Assembly: GCA_965224085.1 (NCBI GenBank)
Contig: CBDCYI010000005.1
Span: 672,001 to 736,000 of the forward strand
Reading direction: 5' to 3'
Length of the DNA stretch: 64,000 nt
DNA from: Candidatus Marinacidobacterales bacterium
GTDB lineage: Bacteria; Acidobacteriota; Vicinamibacteria; Marinacidobacterales; SMYC01
Shown: in pieces, positions 10,272-21,455 of the stretch
Layout of the letters: each line of letters begins with the position of its first letter
How positions within the stretch are numbered: the stretch's first letter is position 1
Notes under the pieces: model-generated
The model's database searches: none
What the model saw: the letters and a program-made list of their open reading frames with translations, nothing else
What the model was told of the DNA's origin: nothing
Position numbers and translations under genes: made by a program

Positions 10272-10557
10272 CTATCGAGGGTTCCTCGCATCTTGCATGC
10301 TCGAAATAGGAGCCGGCGTGTACACATCGCCCCGAATGAACCGCGGCGTGCGAGAAAGAGTCTGGCGGGTCTGTGTCGACTGGTCCACGGAACTCGCCGT
10401 GGATGCGAGCGTGCTCATGACATGGCGCGACAGCAGCGCCCCGGGTGGCCAAGCGATTCTCGCGCTCGGAGAGCCCGCGAAGGAACTCTTTGACCATGAG
10501 GGTGTCCTTCTCGTTCGGCAGAAACCACACGATGCACTACCGTTCTTTGAAAACTGA
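10272..10557 (+). pseudogene. cas2e: Type I-E Cas2 (Cas2e), N-terminus missing
   Basis: YRGFLASCMLEIGAGVYTSPRMNRGVRERVW..VLMTW..LGEP..GVLLV matches Cas2e; no start codon or first strand before the MITE. Confidence 0.8.
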
Positions 10558-10645
10558 AGATTAAACGGGGGATGCGCTACAAAGAGCTAGAACTTGCGTC
10601 ACGGATCCGGTGTGCGCGGCGTATTCAAATCCCAGCGGTCGTGCT

Positions 10646-11730
10646 GCCTTGGTGCACAACTCGCGATCTCGGTCCACAATTGTCCTGTACTCGCGGATTC
10701 GAGGTTCCCCATGAGCATTTTCAAACGCACTCAGCGGAAGTATGTGAAGAAGGCCTATCGCGTGAGGAATTGGCGTGAATATGAGGCGGGTCTACGCAAC
10801 CGTGGGAGCCTGACCGTCTGGATCTCGCTCACCGCCGGCAAGCTTGTGAACTGGGACGCGCCCCGGCCGAGGAGGAGGAAACCGGGCCGTCAACGCAAGT
10901 ACTCGAACCACGCCATCGAGACGGCTGTCACCCTGGGCATGGTGTTTCATCTGTCATCTAGGCAGAGCGAGGGATTGCTGCGGTCGTTGTTCGCTCTGAT
11001 GAAGCTAGACAATGATGTGCCCGATCACACCACGATCTCGAGGCGCAAGGCGAAGCTGGGTAAGGTCCCCTTCTACCAAGACAAGCAGAAGACGCCGTTG
11101 CACATCTTGATCGACAGCAGCGGTCTCGCTGTCCACGCCGGCCAGCTGCGCAGAGCACCAAATAGCAGGGACTATCGCAAGCTCCATCTGTGTGTCGACG
11201 AGCAGAGTGGCGAAGTCGTCGCCGGCGAGCTGACGAGCAAAAGAGCCCGCGATTCATCGCGGGTTGCATCGCTTGTCGGACAGAGCGACAGTCCCATCTC
11301 ATCGGCCAGAGCTGACACCGCATACGACGCCAGCGGCGTCTATGAGGCAATCGAGAATCACAGCGCTCATCGCTCGCCGAGGGTGCTGATACCGCCGCGC
11401 AAGGGCGCCCAGCTCGCATCGGGGCCGGCGAGCAGCCGACAGCGCAATCGCAACATTGCAGCACAAGCTCGGCTCGGCAAACGAAAGTGGCACACAGAAT
11501 CGGGCTACAGCAAACGGAGCAAAGTCGAGACAACGTTCCATCGCTACAAGGCTATCGTGGGCTCAGCGATGCGAGCGAGAGGGTTGGCGGCACAAAGAGT
11601 CGAGGCAAGGATCGGGTGCAAGATTCTCAACACGATGACGGCGCTCGGGATGCCTGATAGCGAGATGATCGGATGATGGGAGTCGGGGCCAAGCGAGCTC
11701 TCGGCCTCTATCGGAGTTGTGCACCAAGGC
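10646..11730 (+). mobile_element. IS5-family (IS903-like) element, 1085 bp, transposase 10711-11676
   Basis: Perfect IR GCCTTGGTGCACAACTC; YRVRNWREY, PDHTTISRR, IDSSG, RKLHL, YSKRSKVE; no matching target duplication. Confidence 0.95.
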
Positions 11731-11801
11731 AGTTTATTGGCAGACCTATTCTTAGGCCGGCCAAGGAGCCGCCGCTACCCCAAATTCAACATCCGGCGGG
11801 A

Positions 11802-12455
11802 GTGCGCTGGGCTAACTGAAAGGAGCCTATGGGTGGAAGTCCAATCCGACCAAAAGTCGTAGCGGACAGGTCGGGACCGAGTCTTGCGGGCGTCGTGGCA
11901 ACGCGGGGTCCGAAGCGTAGACAGGGGTCGTGCAGGGTGTGTGAATGTAGCCTCGAAATGCTGAATATCGCGGAAGGCCGAGTTGATTCCCGTCAATGAA
12001 GGCAGCATGTGGGCCATCGCTATCGCGAGATGGTTACGCTCCGCCGGGGTCGTGGACCACATCACGTACGAAGAGTTCCTTTCGGGACCCAGGAGGTCCG
12101 GCCGGGTCCATCGGAATGGTCACCGATGGGGGCGTCGCGCAAGGGAAAACCGAAGCGCGGTGCTGAGCTGAGGCCGGAAGTCGGACCGATTCATAGTACT
12201 GAGGAAGCTATCGAAGGCAACGAGATGGTGGAGGGAAGGGATCGGCCTGGAGGGAACCCACGGGAGAGGGCTAAGGTCCGGACACAGCGCCGGGTCGCCT
12301 TACCGCCAAATCTCACGCGGGTGAACGAAGCAGCGAAGCGAGATAGAAAGGCTCGGTTCACTGCGTTGCTGCATCACGTGGATCACGAAGCGCTCTATCG
12401 AGCGTTTCGTCGGTTGAAGCGCAGCGCAAGCGCTGGTGTCGACGGAGAGACTGTT
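11802..12455 (+). mobile_element. ltrA: Group II intron, 5' part with N-terminus of RT/maturase, truncated
   Basis: Starts GTGCG; domain I-like sequence (CGAAGCGTAGACAG); ORF RFTALLHHV..AFRRLKRSASAGVDG is the RT0 region. Confidence 0.8.
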
Positions 12456-12711
12456 GGAGAGCAACATCCATTACCCCACAGATAGCTCACTGCTTGCCGA
12501 TGGCATCCGGGTGCTCACCCGTAGTCTGAAGTGTATTGCAAAGGCTTGTGCTCAAGGTGCGCTCAAGGTGGTGGACCACAGCCGATCAACGAAAAACAGG
12601 CAGCTTGAGATCGACCGCGCCAGCAAGTCGTTCACCGAATCGAGCCAAGTCAAGTTCAAGCAAAGTTATCGCAAGCTCATGGGCACGGCGCGCAGCGTGG
12701 TCCGGCAAGCC
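12456..12711 (+). pseudogene. ISNCY-type transposase internal fragment
   Basis: ESNIHYPTDSSLLADGIRVLTR motif. Confidence 0.75.
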
Positions 12712-12997
12712 GTGACAGCCGTCTCGATGGCGTGGTTCGAGTACTTGCGTTGACGGCCCGGTTTCCTCTTCCTCGGCCGGGGCGCGTCCCAGTTCACAAG
12801 CTTGCCGTCGGTGAGCGAGACCCAAACGGTCAGGCTCCCGCGGTCGCGTAGACCCGCCTCATATTCACGCCAATTCCTCACGCGATAGGCCTTCTTCACA
12901 TACTTCCGCTGAGTGCGTTTGAAAATGCTCATGGGGAACCTCGAATCCGTGAGTAAAGGACAATTGTGGACCGAGATCGCGAGTTGTGCACCAAGGC
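12712..12997 (-). mobile_element. IS5 left-end fragment (same type as 10646-11730)
   Basis: Same IR and MSIFKRTQRKY N-terminus, slightly diverged. Confidence 0.9.
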
Positions 12998-13221
12998 ACC
13001 AATCCGGCAGAAACACCACTCCCCAATAGAGCTCTCTTCGGTTTTTCTTCAGAAACATGGCTACTCCTCGCTTTGAGCTCGTTTCGTCGCTTACTCATAC
13101 CGCCACTCGCACCGATGACGCACTCCGGTCCGTGTAGGCAGGCTCCGTCGAATGTGGTACACGTATTGCTCTGCCGTTGGAGCCGGGGTCGGTCACGGCA
13201 GGCATCGCTGGGAGGAAAGCC

Positions 13222-14738
13222 ATGCGAATGAGGAAACGAGCAAGCGTTCTTTGCCTGTTGCCCCTGTTCCTAATCGCTGCCAGCGGCGAGAGCGGGACGC
13301 AGTCGAGCCGGACGACGGCCATCGTTGGGGCCACGGTGATCGATGGTACGGGAGGTCCACCACTCCTGGACGCGACGATCGTCGTGACCGACAAACGTAT
13401 CGCGGCCGTGGGGCCGCGAAGCTCGGTGGACGTCCCGGAAGGTGCCCTCGTCGTCGACGCGAGCGGTCAATTCATCACTCCCGGATTGATCGACACCAAC
13501 GTGCATCTCTCGGTCACCTTTGCTCGGTCCGGTCCGAGCAAAGAAACGGCCGTCGTAACGCCGAGCTGACCCTCGAAGCGGCCCAGATGCAGTTGAAATA
13601 CGGCGTGACCACCGTGCGTGATAGCTACGGAGCGCTCCTTCCGCTGAAAGAGTTACGCGACGCCATCGCACGTGGGGAGGTGATCGGACCACGCATGCTG
13701 GTAGCAGGCAACATCGTGGGTTGGGGAGGACCCTTTTCGGTGAGCTTCTCGCTCGTTCGAGAGGAAGGCCTGTCCCTTTGGGAGGAGCAAATCAACGATG
13801 CGGTCACCCAGGGGAGTGGCGAAGAGCTCATGGAGATGTATCCGGAGGAGCTTCGCGAAGCCATCAGCGCCTACCTCGACAAGGGGCCTGATTTCATCAA
13901 GTTTGGCGGGACGTCTCATTGGTCGCCGACGTTCATCGGCTTTTCCGAGAAGGCGCAGCGGATCCTCGTCGAAGAAACGCACAAACGGGGACGGATAGCA
14001 GAAACGCACGCCACCAGTCCGGAAGGGCTTCGGATATCCATCGAGGCGGGAGTCGATCTCATCCAGCACCCGGAGGTGCTGGCGGGAAGGGAGATCTCCG
14101 ACGAGCTGGTCCGACAGATTCGCGAGCGCGAGATCGTCTGTTCGATGCTGGTCAACCGCTGGGGCGGGCAAGGCTATCAGGAGCACCTCGAAGCCCGGAA
14201 GGCGGCCGAAGCCCGCCTGGCGTCGGAGGAATCCGTGGCCCGGAAGCCCGGGCTGAAACGAGCGGTGAAGAGGGAGAAGGCCTCCGCGGAGCGGCGGCGA
14301 GAACGGGCGCTCCTGGGTCTCGACACCGAGATGAACCGGGGGAACGCAAAGAAACTCATCGAGGGCGGCTGCATCGTGACGGTGGGGACGGACAACGCTC
14401 CCGTGGCCGCGCCGGAGTTCTCGAGAACGCCGACCGGCTTGCGGTCCGTCTACCGGGAGCCGGGCTACGGGACCATCTCCGCCATCGAGAATCTGGTGGA
14501 GTTCGGCATGAGCGCCGAAGAGGCCATCGTGGCTGGAAGCCGAAACGGCGCCATCGCCTCGAAGGGCCTCGAGGATTTCGGCACCCTCGAGGTCGGCAAA
14601 TTTGCGGACTTGCTCATCCTGGATGCCGACCCCATCGCGGATATCTCGAATCTCAGAAAGTTGCGTTGGGTCATGAAGGAGGGCCAGAGGATCGATCCGA
14701 AGACCCTGCCCACCAACCCGATTCTCTATGAGCGATGA
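13222..14738 (+). pseudogene. Exported amidohydrolase, frameshifted near 13550
   Basis: Signal peptide and ITPGLIDTNVH in one frame; GVTTVRD, GTDN, GTLEVGKFADL in another. Confidence 0.8.
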
Positions 14739-14761
14739 TCTTTGATTTCGTCGAGGAAACG

Positions 14762-15592
14762 ATGCGAAGAATGAATGCTCGCGCGGTGCTGGCCTCGAGT
14801 GTGCTGGCCCTCCTCGGGATCGGCACCGCAACTCCACAGACCGGACTCGTCCAGAATCCGATGGAGGGAGACCCGAAGGCCCTCGAGCAGGGCATGCACA
14901 TGTACAGGCACCGGTGCGGCGTTTGCCACGGGCTGGACGGGCTCGGCTACCAGGGACCGGATTTGAAGAACGGCCCGTGGCTCCACGGCGACAGCGACGC
15001 CGACCTGTTTCGGGTCATCTCGCGCGGTGTTCCCGGATCGGAGATGGGGCCGGCTCGACTTCAGGAGGACGAGGTCTGGATGGTGATCGCTTATCTGCGC
15101 AGCTTGAGGAGCTCGGGAACGGATCAGGAGGAGCCGGGCAACGCCGCCGCAGGTGAAGAAATCTACTGGGACAAGGGCTCGTGCGAACAGTGTCACCGGA
15201 TCAACGGCCGTGGGGGACGGCTCGGCCCCGATCTGTCCCGCATCGGCGCGGCGCGCTCCAGAACGGCGTTGATGCGGGAGCTCCGAAGCGCGAGCGAGTA
15301 TTTCCCCCCCGGATACGAGCCCGTCACCGTGCTCCTCCGCGACGGGCGGCGTATTCCCGGCGTCAGGAAGAACGAGGACACCTTTTCGATTCAGTTGATG
15401 GATGTGAACGAGGAGCTGCACCTGTTACTCAAGAGTGACTTGTTGGAGGTCATCGACGAAGAGCACTCCCTCATGCCAGACTACGGTGTCGAGCAGCTCA
15501 CCGACGCCGAGCTCGACGATCTCTTGAGCTATCTCCGTACCCTGGGAACCACGGCAGCTTCCGCCAGGCCGGTGCAGCAGAGATCACGATGA
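14762..15592 (+). CDS. Diheme c-type cytochrome
   Basis: Signal peptide; CGVCH and CEQCH; GPDLSRIG; overlaps the next gene (ATGA). Confidence 0.9.
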   Translation: MRRMNARAVLASSVLALLGIGTATPQTGLVQNPMEGDPKALEQGMHMYRHRCGVCHGLDGLGYQGPDLKNGPWLHGDSDADLFRVISRGVPGSEMGPARLQEDEVWMVIAYLRSLRSSGTDQEEPGNAAAGEEIYWDKGSCEQCHRINGRGGRLGPDLSRIGAARSRTALMRELRSASEYFPPGYEPVTVLLRDGRRIPGVRKNEDTFSIQLMDVNEELHLLLKSDLLEVIDEEHSLMPDYGVEQLTDAELDDLLSYLRTLGTTAASARPVQQRSR

Positions 15593-17202
15593 ACAGGCGG
15601 GCGAGCTCGGTCACCGTCGTCGGAGCGGTGTGCATCATCGCGACCTTCGGGGTAATCGCCTCCGCTCAGGAGGTTCGTCGCGAAGATCTTCTCGATGGGC
15701 TCGCGAACCCGGAACGGTGGCTGACCTATTCGGGAAACTACACCGGGCAGCGGAACAGCCCGTTGACCCAGATCACGACGGAGAACGTCCGGAGGCTGGC
15801 GCCCCGATGGACCTTTCAAACCGGGGTTCTGGGGAAATTCGAGGCAACTCCCATCGTCCTCGACGGGATATTGTTCGTCACCGGACAGGACAACCATGCC
15901 TGGGCCCTCGACGCCCGGACGGGCCGCTCCATCTGGCATTACCACAAGCCGCTGCCGGACCTCCTGAATGTCTGCTGCGGCTCCGTCAACCGTGGCTTCG
16001 CCATCTACCGGGATCGACTCTACATGGCTACGCTCGATGCGCGTCTGGTCGCGCTGGACGCGAAGACGGGAAGCCTGATCTGGGACGTGGACATCGCCGA
16101 TCCCGAGCGTGGTTACTCTGCCACCGCCGCCCCCCTCGTGGTGAAGGACAAGTTGGTGGTGGGCATTGCCGGCGCCGAATACGGTACGCGAGGCTTTCTG
16201 GACGCCTACGATACCGGTACCGGAAAGAGGCGCTGGCGCTTCTGGACGGTGCCCGAGCCCGGCAAGCCGGGCGGCGACACCTGGGCGGGGGACGCCTGGG
16301 AGCGCGGGGGAGGTTCGACGTGGCTGACCGGAACCTATGACCCCGAGCTGAACCTCATCTACTGGGGCACGGGGAATCCCGGACCGGACCTTCTCGGCGA
16401 AGTACGCCCGGGGGACAACCTCTACACGGACTCGGTGGTGGCCCTCGATGCCGACTCTGGCGAGCTGCGCTGGTACTACCAGTTCACGCCGCACGACACC
16501 CACGACTGGGACTCGAACCAAGTGCCGGTGCTTGCCGACATCGAAGGGGAGAGCGGCACGCGAAAGCTCTTGATGTTGGCCAACCGCAATGGGTTTTTCT
16601 ATACCCTCGATCGGACGAACGGGGAGCTGTTAGTGGGAAAGCCCTTCGTTCACACCACCTGGGCCACGGAGATCGGCCCCGACGGCAGGCCCATCCTCCT
16701 CCCCAACAACACGCCGAGCGCCGAGGGCACCTTCACCTGTCCCGACGTCGAAGGGGCGACGAACTGGATGTCTCCTTCTTTCAACCCCTCAACGGGATGG
16801 CTCTATGTGACGGCCCGTGAAGCCTGCGCCACCTTTTATGCGTGGCCCCAGGAGTTCATCGAGGGCCAGTACTACTTCGGCGGAACCTACCGACCTTCGG
16901 GCCCCCGTGCATACAGCGCCCTGCGGGCCATCGATCCGCTCACCGCGGAAGTGAAGTGGGAGTTCAAGTATTTTACCGCCTCGATGGGAGGCACCCTTTC
17001 CACGGATGGGGGCCTCGTCTTCGGCGGAGACATGGATGGAAACGTGATGGCGTTCGACGCCCGCACCGGTGAGAACCTGTGGCACTTTCAGACGGGTGCC
17101 TCCATCTACGCGTCACCCATCACTTACATGCTGGACGGCACGCAGTACGTCATGATTCCGTCGGGAACGACCCTCTTTGCCTTCGCCCTTCCGAAGGAGT
17201 GA
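15589..17202 (+). CDS. PQQ-dependent dehydrogenase (methanol/ethanol dehydrogenase fold)
   Basis: Signal peptide, vicinal CC (VCCGSVNRG), GAEYG, GTGNPGP, HDWDS, ANRNGF, Trp-docking repeats. Confidence 0.9.
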   Translation: MNRRASSVTVVGAVCIIATFGVIASAQEVRREDLLDGLANPERWLTYSGNYTGQRNSPLTQITTENVRRLAPRWTFQTGVLGKFEATPIVLDGILFVTGQDNHAWALDARTGRSIWHYHKPLPDLLNVCCGSVNRGFAIYRDRLYMATLDARLVALDAKTGSLIWDVDIADPERGYSATAAPLVVKDKLVVGIAGAEYGTRGFLDAYDTGTGKRRWRFWTVPEPGKPGGDTWAGDAWERGGGSTWLTGTYDPELNLIYWGTGNPGPDLLGEVRPGDNLYTDSVVALDADSGELRWYYQFTPHDTHDWDSNQVPVLADIEGESGTRKLLMLANRNGFFYTLDRTNGELLVGKPFVHTTWATEIGPDGRPILLPNNTPSAEGTFTCPDVEGATNWMSPSFNPSTGWLYVTAREACATFYAWPQEFIEGQYYFGGTYRPSGPRAYSALRAIDPLTAEVKWEFKYFTASMGGTLSTDGGLVFGGDMDGNVMAFDARTGENLWHFQTGASIYASPITYMLDGTQYVMIPSGTTLFAFALPKE

Positions 17203-17229
17203 GTGTTATATGCACTTTGAACAAGGACG

Positions 17230-18314
17230 GGCGTTGTTGCACGGCCCGGAGCAAATCGCTGACCTCCCTGTGCCGGTTGCAGAGTCACCCGGCGCAGTAC
17301 GTATCGGGCATCCCGAGCGCAGCCATCTTGTTGAGTATCTCGCACCCAATTCGGTGTTCAACTCGTTGCCTCGCCAACGTTCGAGCCCGCATCTCCGGCC
17401 CGATGATCGCCTTGTAACGATAGACCGCGTTCTCCACCATGCTTCGCTTGGTGTAGCCTGAGAGCTTGTACCATTCACGTCGGCCGTGTCTTTCGATTGC
17501 ACGAATATGGCGATCTCGCTCCTGCATGGCCGTGTTCGAATTCTGACTGAGCGTCGCGTTTCGTTGCGGCGGAATCACCACGCGCGTCCTTCGTCCAGGA
17601 CTGTGCGCTTCGATGGCTTCGTAGACCGCTTCCTTGTCGTATGCACTGTCCGCCGCCACCGACACTAGAGGTGCTTGAATCTGTGTTAGCAAAGCGGGGA
17701 CTCGGGTTGCGTCGCGAGCTCGTGACGCCGTCAGTTCGGACGCAACAATGTTCCCTGTCTTGCGATCAACGGCGATGTGCAACTTGCGCCATGCGCGCTG
17801 CTTTGGCGGTTTGCGAGCGTTTCCAACATGAATCCTCAAGCCCGTGCTATCGATCATCAGGTGGATGGGTTGAGTGCTCGCGGCTTTCGGAATCCGCAGC
17901 TTCTTGCGGAGCAACCTCGAGCGCCGACACAACGCCGAGTAGTCCGGGATCTCGATACACAGCCGGAGAAGCGAGGCGATCGAGTGCAAAAAGCCTTCGG
18001 TTTGTCGGTAGGCGAGCTTGTACACCATCCGGACAACCAGGCCCGTTTCAATCGCCATGTCTGAATAGACCCGTTGACCGCCAGGCTTACCGGTCTTGTC
18101 GGCCTTCCAGTTCGCGATTGCCTCCTCGTCAAACCAGACTGTCAAATCGCCCCGGCGGCGCAGCCCTTCGTTGTATTCCGCCCAGTTGCGAACGTGGTAC
18201 TTCTTCTGCTTCGCGTGCTTGTACTGGCAGCGCTTGGGATACTTCATGCTCGAACATACCTCGGCCACCACCATAGGCGGATTTCGCTCTCAGCCAGAGC
18301 GGTGCAACAACGCC
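17230..18314 (-). mobile_element. Second IS5-family element type, transposase 17285..18247
   Basis: IR GGCGTTGTTGCAC / GTGCAACAACGCC; YHVRNWAEY, IDSTG, WRKLH, YTKRSMVE. Confidence 0.93.
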
Positions 18315-18745
18315 TCGATCAAGTAGACGATAGCGGCCTGTTGCTCACGCTGGATCCAACCGGCGACGGCGACGACGAGGAGTGTCCAGGGTTGGATAGG
18401 CGCGCTCATCACGGATTCTACCTTGCGTTGCCAATCAAAGCGGAGACGCGTCTATCAGAAATGCCCCGGTTGACGAGGGCTGTGGTCCGCAAAAAGTCGA
18501 TCCAGTCTTCATTGCGGGGTTTAGACCTGCCTTCCACGAGACTTGGTGGGATCCGCCTCAGCTCTGCCTGACGGACCCGGATACGGGGATCCTCTATGGG
18601 TTCCGGGACGACAAAGCCTAGTCTGAGCGAGGTTTTCGAACACGCGGAGGTTGCCGCCTGATCTGATACCCTGATGACCGAGTGGAGGGTGCCGTTCTTT
18701 TTCCACGGACCTCGGGACACATCCCTACGGTCTTGAGAAAACGAG

Positions 18746-19000
18746 TTACGAATCCTTGGTCTTGAGCTGGGCTTTGTTTTCTTGAATGAAGGCGCGGATG
18801 TCATCTGTCATCTCGAGCAGTTTCTCCCACTGATCCTTGTATAAGGTCACCGGGAAACGGCCCAGTCCGTAAACGGAGACGCCGCCCTTCTGGCTGACTT
18901 TGAGGGAGAGCTCTTTCTCACTGCGCTTCTTGAGCGTTTCATTCTCAGCTTGCAAGCGCTCCAGTTCTTTCTTCATTTCTTCCGGTGTCATGTCGCTCAC
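18746..19000 (-). CDS. Small hypothetical protein (coiled coil plus KVSQKGGVSVYGLGRFPVTLY)
   Basis: GTG start with GGAGG RBS; motif recalled from a widespread uncharacterised family. Confidence 0.7.
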   Translation of the reverse strand: MSDMTPEEMKKELERLQAENETLKKRSEKELSLKVSQKGGVSVYGLGRFPVTLYKDQWEKLLEMTDDIRAFIQENKAQLKTKDS

Positions 19001-19145
19001 GATTTGCCTCCGTGCTTTCGACTGTGTCGCCTCTATCCGATGAAACAGATGAGTCCCCGAGTGAGACACTAAAACGTAGCCCTGCCCCATCCCCGTCCGC
19101 GTACGATGCGGCCGGGCTTCGCTGGATAATAGCAGGTACGAGATT

Positions 19146-19535
19146 TGAACCGCCCCGGGTTTCCCGGAGACTCCAACTCTTGAGAGGATGGAGTCATGAC
19201 AAGACGAAGCAAGGTATTCACCGGAGATGAAAGAGCGCGCAGTGCGGATGGTTTTCGACCAGCAGGCTCAGCACGAATCACAGTGGTCGGCGCTCTCATC
19301 GATTGCGTCGAAGATTGACTGTACGCGGGAAACGCTACGCACGTGGGTGCGGCGAGCAGAGCGTGATGCTGGGAAACGAGCGGAACTGACGACGGACGAG
19401 CGTCAGCGGCTGAAGGAGCTTGAGCGAGAGAACCGTGAGCTAAAGCGGGCGAACGAGATCCTTCGCAAGGCGTCGGCGTTTTTCGCCCAGGCGGAGCTCG
19501 ACCGCCGACCGAAGTGAAGGTGTTTGTTCGTCGAC
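19146..19535 (+). mobile_element. IS3-family left end and orfA, truncated at the start of orfB
   Basis: IR TGAACCGCCCCGGG; ELKRANEILRKASAFFAQAELDR; ATG 19196 is out of frame with the rest. Confidence 0.9.
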
Positions 19536-19654
19536 CTCGGCTGTGGCGGGCGTGATGCCGAGCAGGGCCGCGAATTCATCCGGCCCCCCCAGGGCCTCCA
19601 AACGCGTCCTGTGCCAAAACTCGGATCTTTCGAAATAGACCATAAATCAGCAGC

Positions 19655-20554
19655 TTAGCAAGTTCGGTGCGCGCGGATGAATAAATAGAAGGCACAGCAG
19701 GGCGGTGCGTTCAGACTCCAGTCGTACTCGTGATCCAGCGACCCGTCGAAGCCTCGTAGCTGCTCCGCCAGCGCGTCGTCCGCGTACTTCAGCAGGTGTG
19801 CGAGCACCCCGGTGTCCGAACCGCCGAAATCCTCATGGTACCAGTAGTAGATGCTGGACACGACGGCGAACGCCTCGTCCAGAAACTCGACGCCGCGCGG
19901 GTGATTCACGTATTCCCGCGCGCCCTGATCGAGCATACGCTCCAGGTTGGCGGCGGTATAGACCTCCGGGGACAGATTCGGACAGCCGATGCCCGCACAA
20001 TTCACGGCGTAGTGGATCCGGTTATCCCGCCAGATGGGCCGCAGGATGTCGTGCTCGATGTTGTTCAGGGTCAGTTCTTTTCCGGCAACGGTCGCGTGGA
20101 CATCGTCCCACGGCCCCAGCAGGGGGATCAGACCCTCGTGGATCTGCTTGATCGAGTCCACGGGATACTCGCCCAGGACCACCTGCACGGTCAGCGCGTT
20201 GTAGAGATTGATCCAGTACGCCATCTGCTCCGCCTTCGCGTAGCGCCTCGGATCGAGCCCCTGGAGGTAGTCGAGATAAACGGCGAGACGCTGCTGGTCG
20301 GCGACGTTCGCCTGCAACGCCCGGTAATCGACCAGATTGACGCCGGACGGGTCATCGGTGATCAGATAGATGTCCAGGAGCGCCTGCCAGTCGCGGTGGT
20401 CGATTCGCTCGTTGCTGGCGGCGTCGTGGTCGGCCCAGGAATGATCGTCGGGCGGCGACGTACAGGACGCCGAGGCCAGCGCCAGGAGACCAATCAAGCT
20501 AGACAGCGCCGAGTCGAAGGCGCATCTTCCTCGCGCGTGCGGCGTGCGTGTCAT
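19655..20554 (-). CDS. DUF547 domain lipoprotein, C-terminus extended by an inserted end motif
   Basis: LASASC lipobox-like; AYWINLYNA, LNNIEHDILR, IHYAVNCAGIGCP, YDWSLN. Confidence 0.85.
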   Translation of the reverse strand: MTRTPHARGRCAFDSALSSLIGLLALASASCTSPPDDHSWADHDAASNERIDHRDWQALLDIYLITDDPSGVNLVDYRALQANVADQQRLAVYLDYLQGLDPRRYAKAEQMAYWINLYNALTVQVVLGEYPVDSIKQIHEGLIPLLGPWDDVHATVAGKELTLNNIEHDILRPIWRDNRIHYAVNCAGIGCPNLSPEVYTAANLERMLDQGAREYVNHPRGVEFLDEAFAVVSSIYYWYHEDFGGSDTGVLAHLLKYADDALAEQLRGFDGSLDHEYDWSLNAPPCCAFYLFIRAHRTC

Positions 20555-21020
20555 CGTTGTCCTTCCGTTCCGGCTTGCTAACCTATGCACGATGACTGAC
20601 CTGCCCGGTATCACCTACAGCAGTACTGTCAAGTTTTCCACGGCCTGACGGCCACCCCGAATGAATGAAACGCGGTAGTCTCTGGAGGTGGCACCGGCTC
20701 AACACGACGCCTGAGGGAGCTCGGTTTTGACGTCACTGCCCCCAAACGCTACACCCTGAGTTTCTTATTAGTTGACGAAAAGCAATCATCTGCACCGGCT
20801 TCACCGTCGGATGCAGCACAAGCTCCTCCATCCGGGTCGCGAGCTTGAGCGTCGCTTCGAGGGCTTCCAGCGCAATTTCCAGGCGACCGGCCAGGTGCTA
20901 GGGGAGAGGTTCGAAATTGCCATCGTCGATCCAATCGAGCCAGCCGATCCAGCCGAAGACGAACCGAGCGACGATCCCGCGGTGGGCTAAACCCTTCCTG
21001 AAACCCACACGGTACAAGAG

Positions 21021-21420
21021 GGTACTTTCGACTGACACTCCCGGCCGAAGGCATTTTTCATGATATGGATTGATCGGGAACGAGGCTGAAGCCGAGTCGG
21101 GTAGCTTTGCGTCGGAGATTACTCAGGAGGCGTTGCTGGTATTGCCTTTCATAGGCGTCCTGACCGAGCTCAATGAACTCCTCTCCTGTCGCAAGCATGC
21201 GGAAGTAGATGGTCGCTATTTTACGGGCGGTAGCTGTGATGGCCTTTGGAGCACCTCGTCGCGATCGGATTCGTCGATAGAAAGCGCCGAGCGCGGTTTG
21301 GGTATTGCGGACAGCGCACGCGGCGAGGCGAAAGAGTTTTGCAGCACGACTGGAGCTCATTGGGGTGGCCCGGCGAAAGATTCGACCAGCGGACTCCTTA
21401 TTATTCGGTGCGAGAGCTAG
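21021..21420 (-). mobile_element. IS110 3' fragment, near-identical to 5639-6038
   Basis: Direct sequence match. Confidence 0.95.
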
Positions 21421-21455
21421 CGAGGGCACCTCACCCGTCGTCTCCCTACCTAGGG

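Noticed and set aside
10558-10645. CRISPR array after cas2e
   Set aside because: No repeated unit; only a 9-nt repeat-like stub
11802-12455. Retron or DGR reverse transcriptase
   Set aside because: The GTGCG start and RT0 region indicate a group II intron; the catalytic domains are absent
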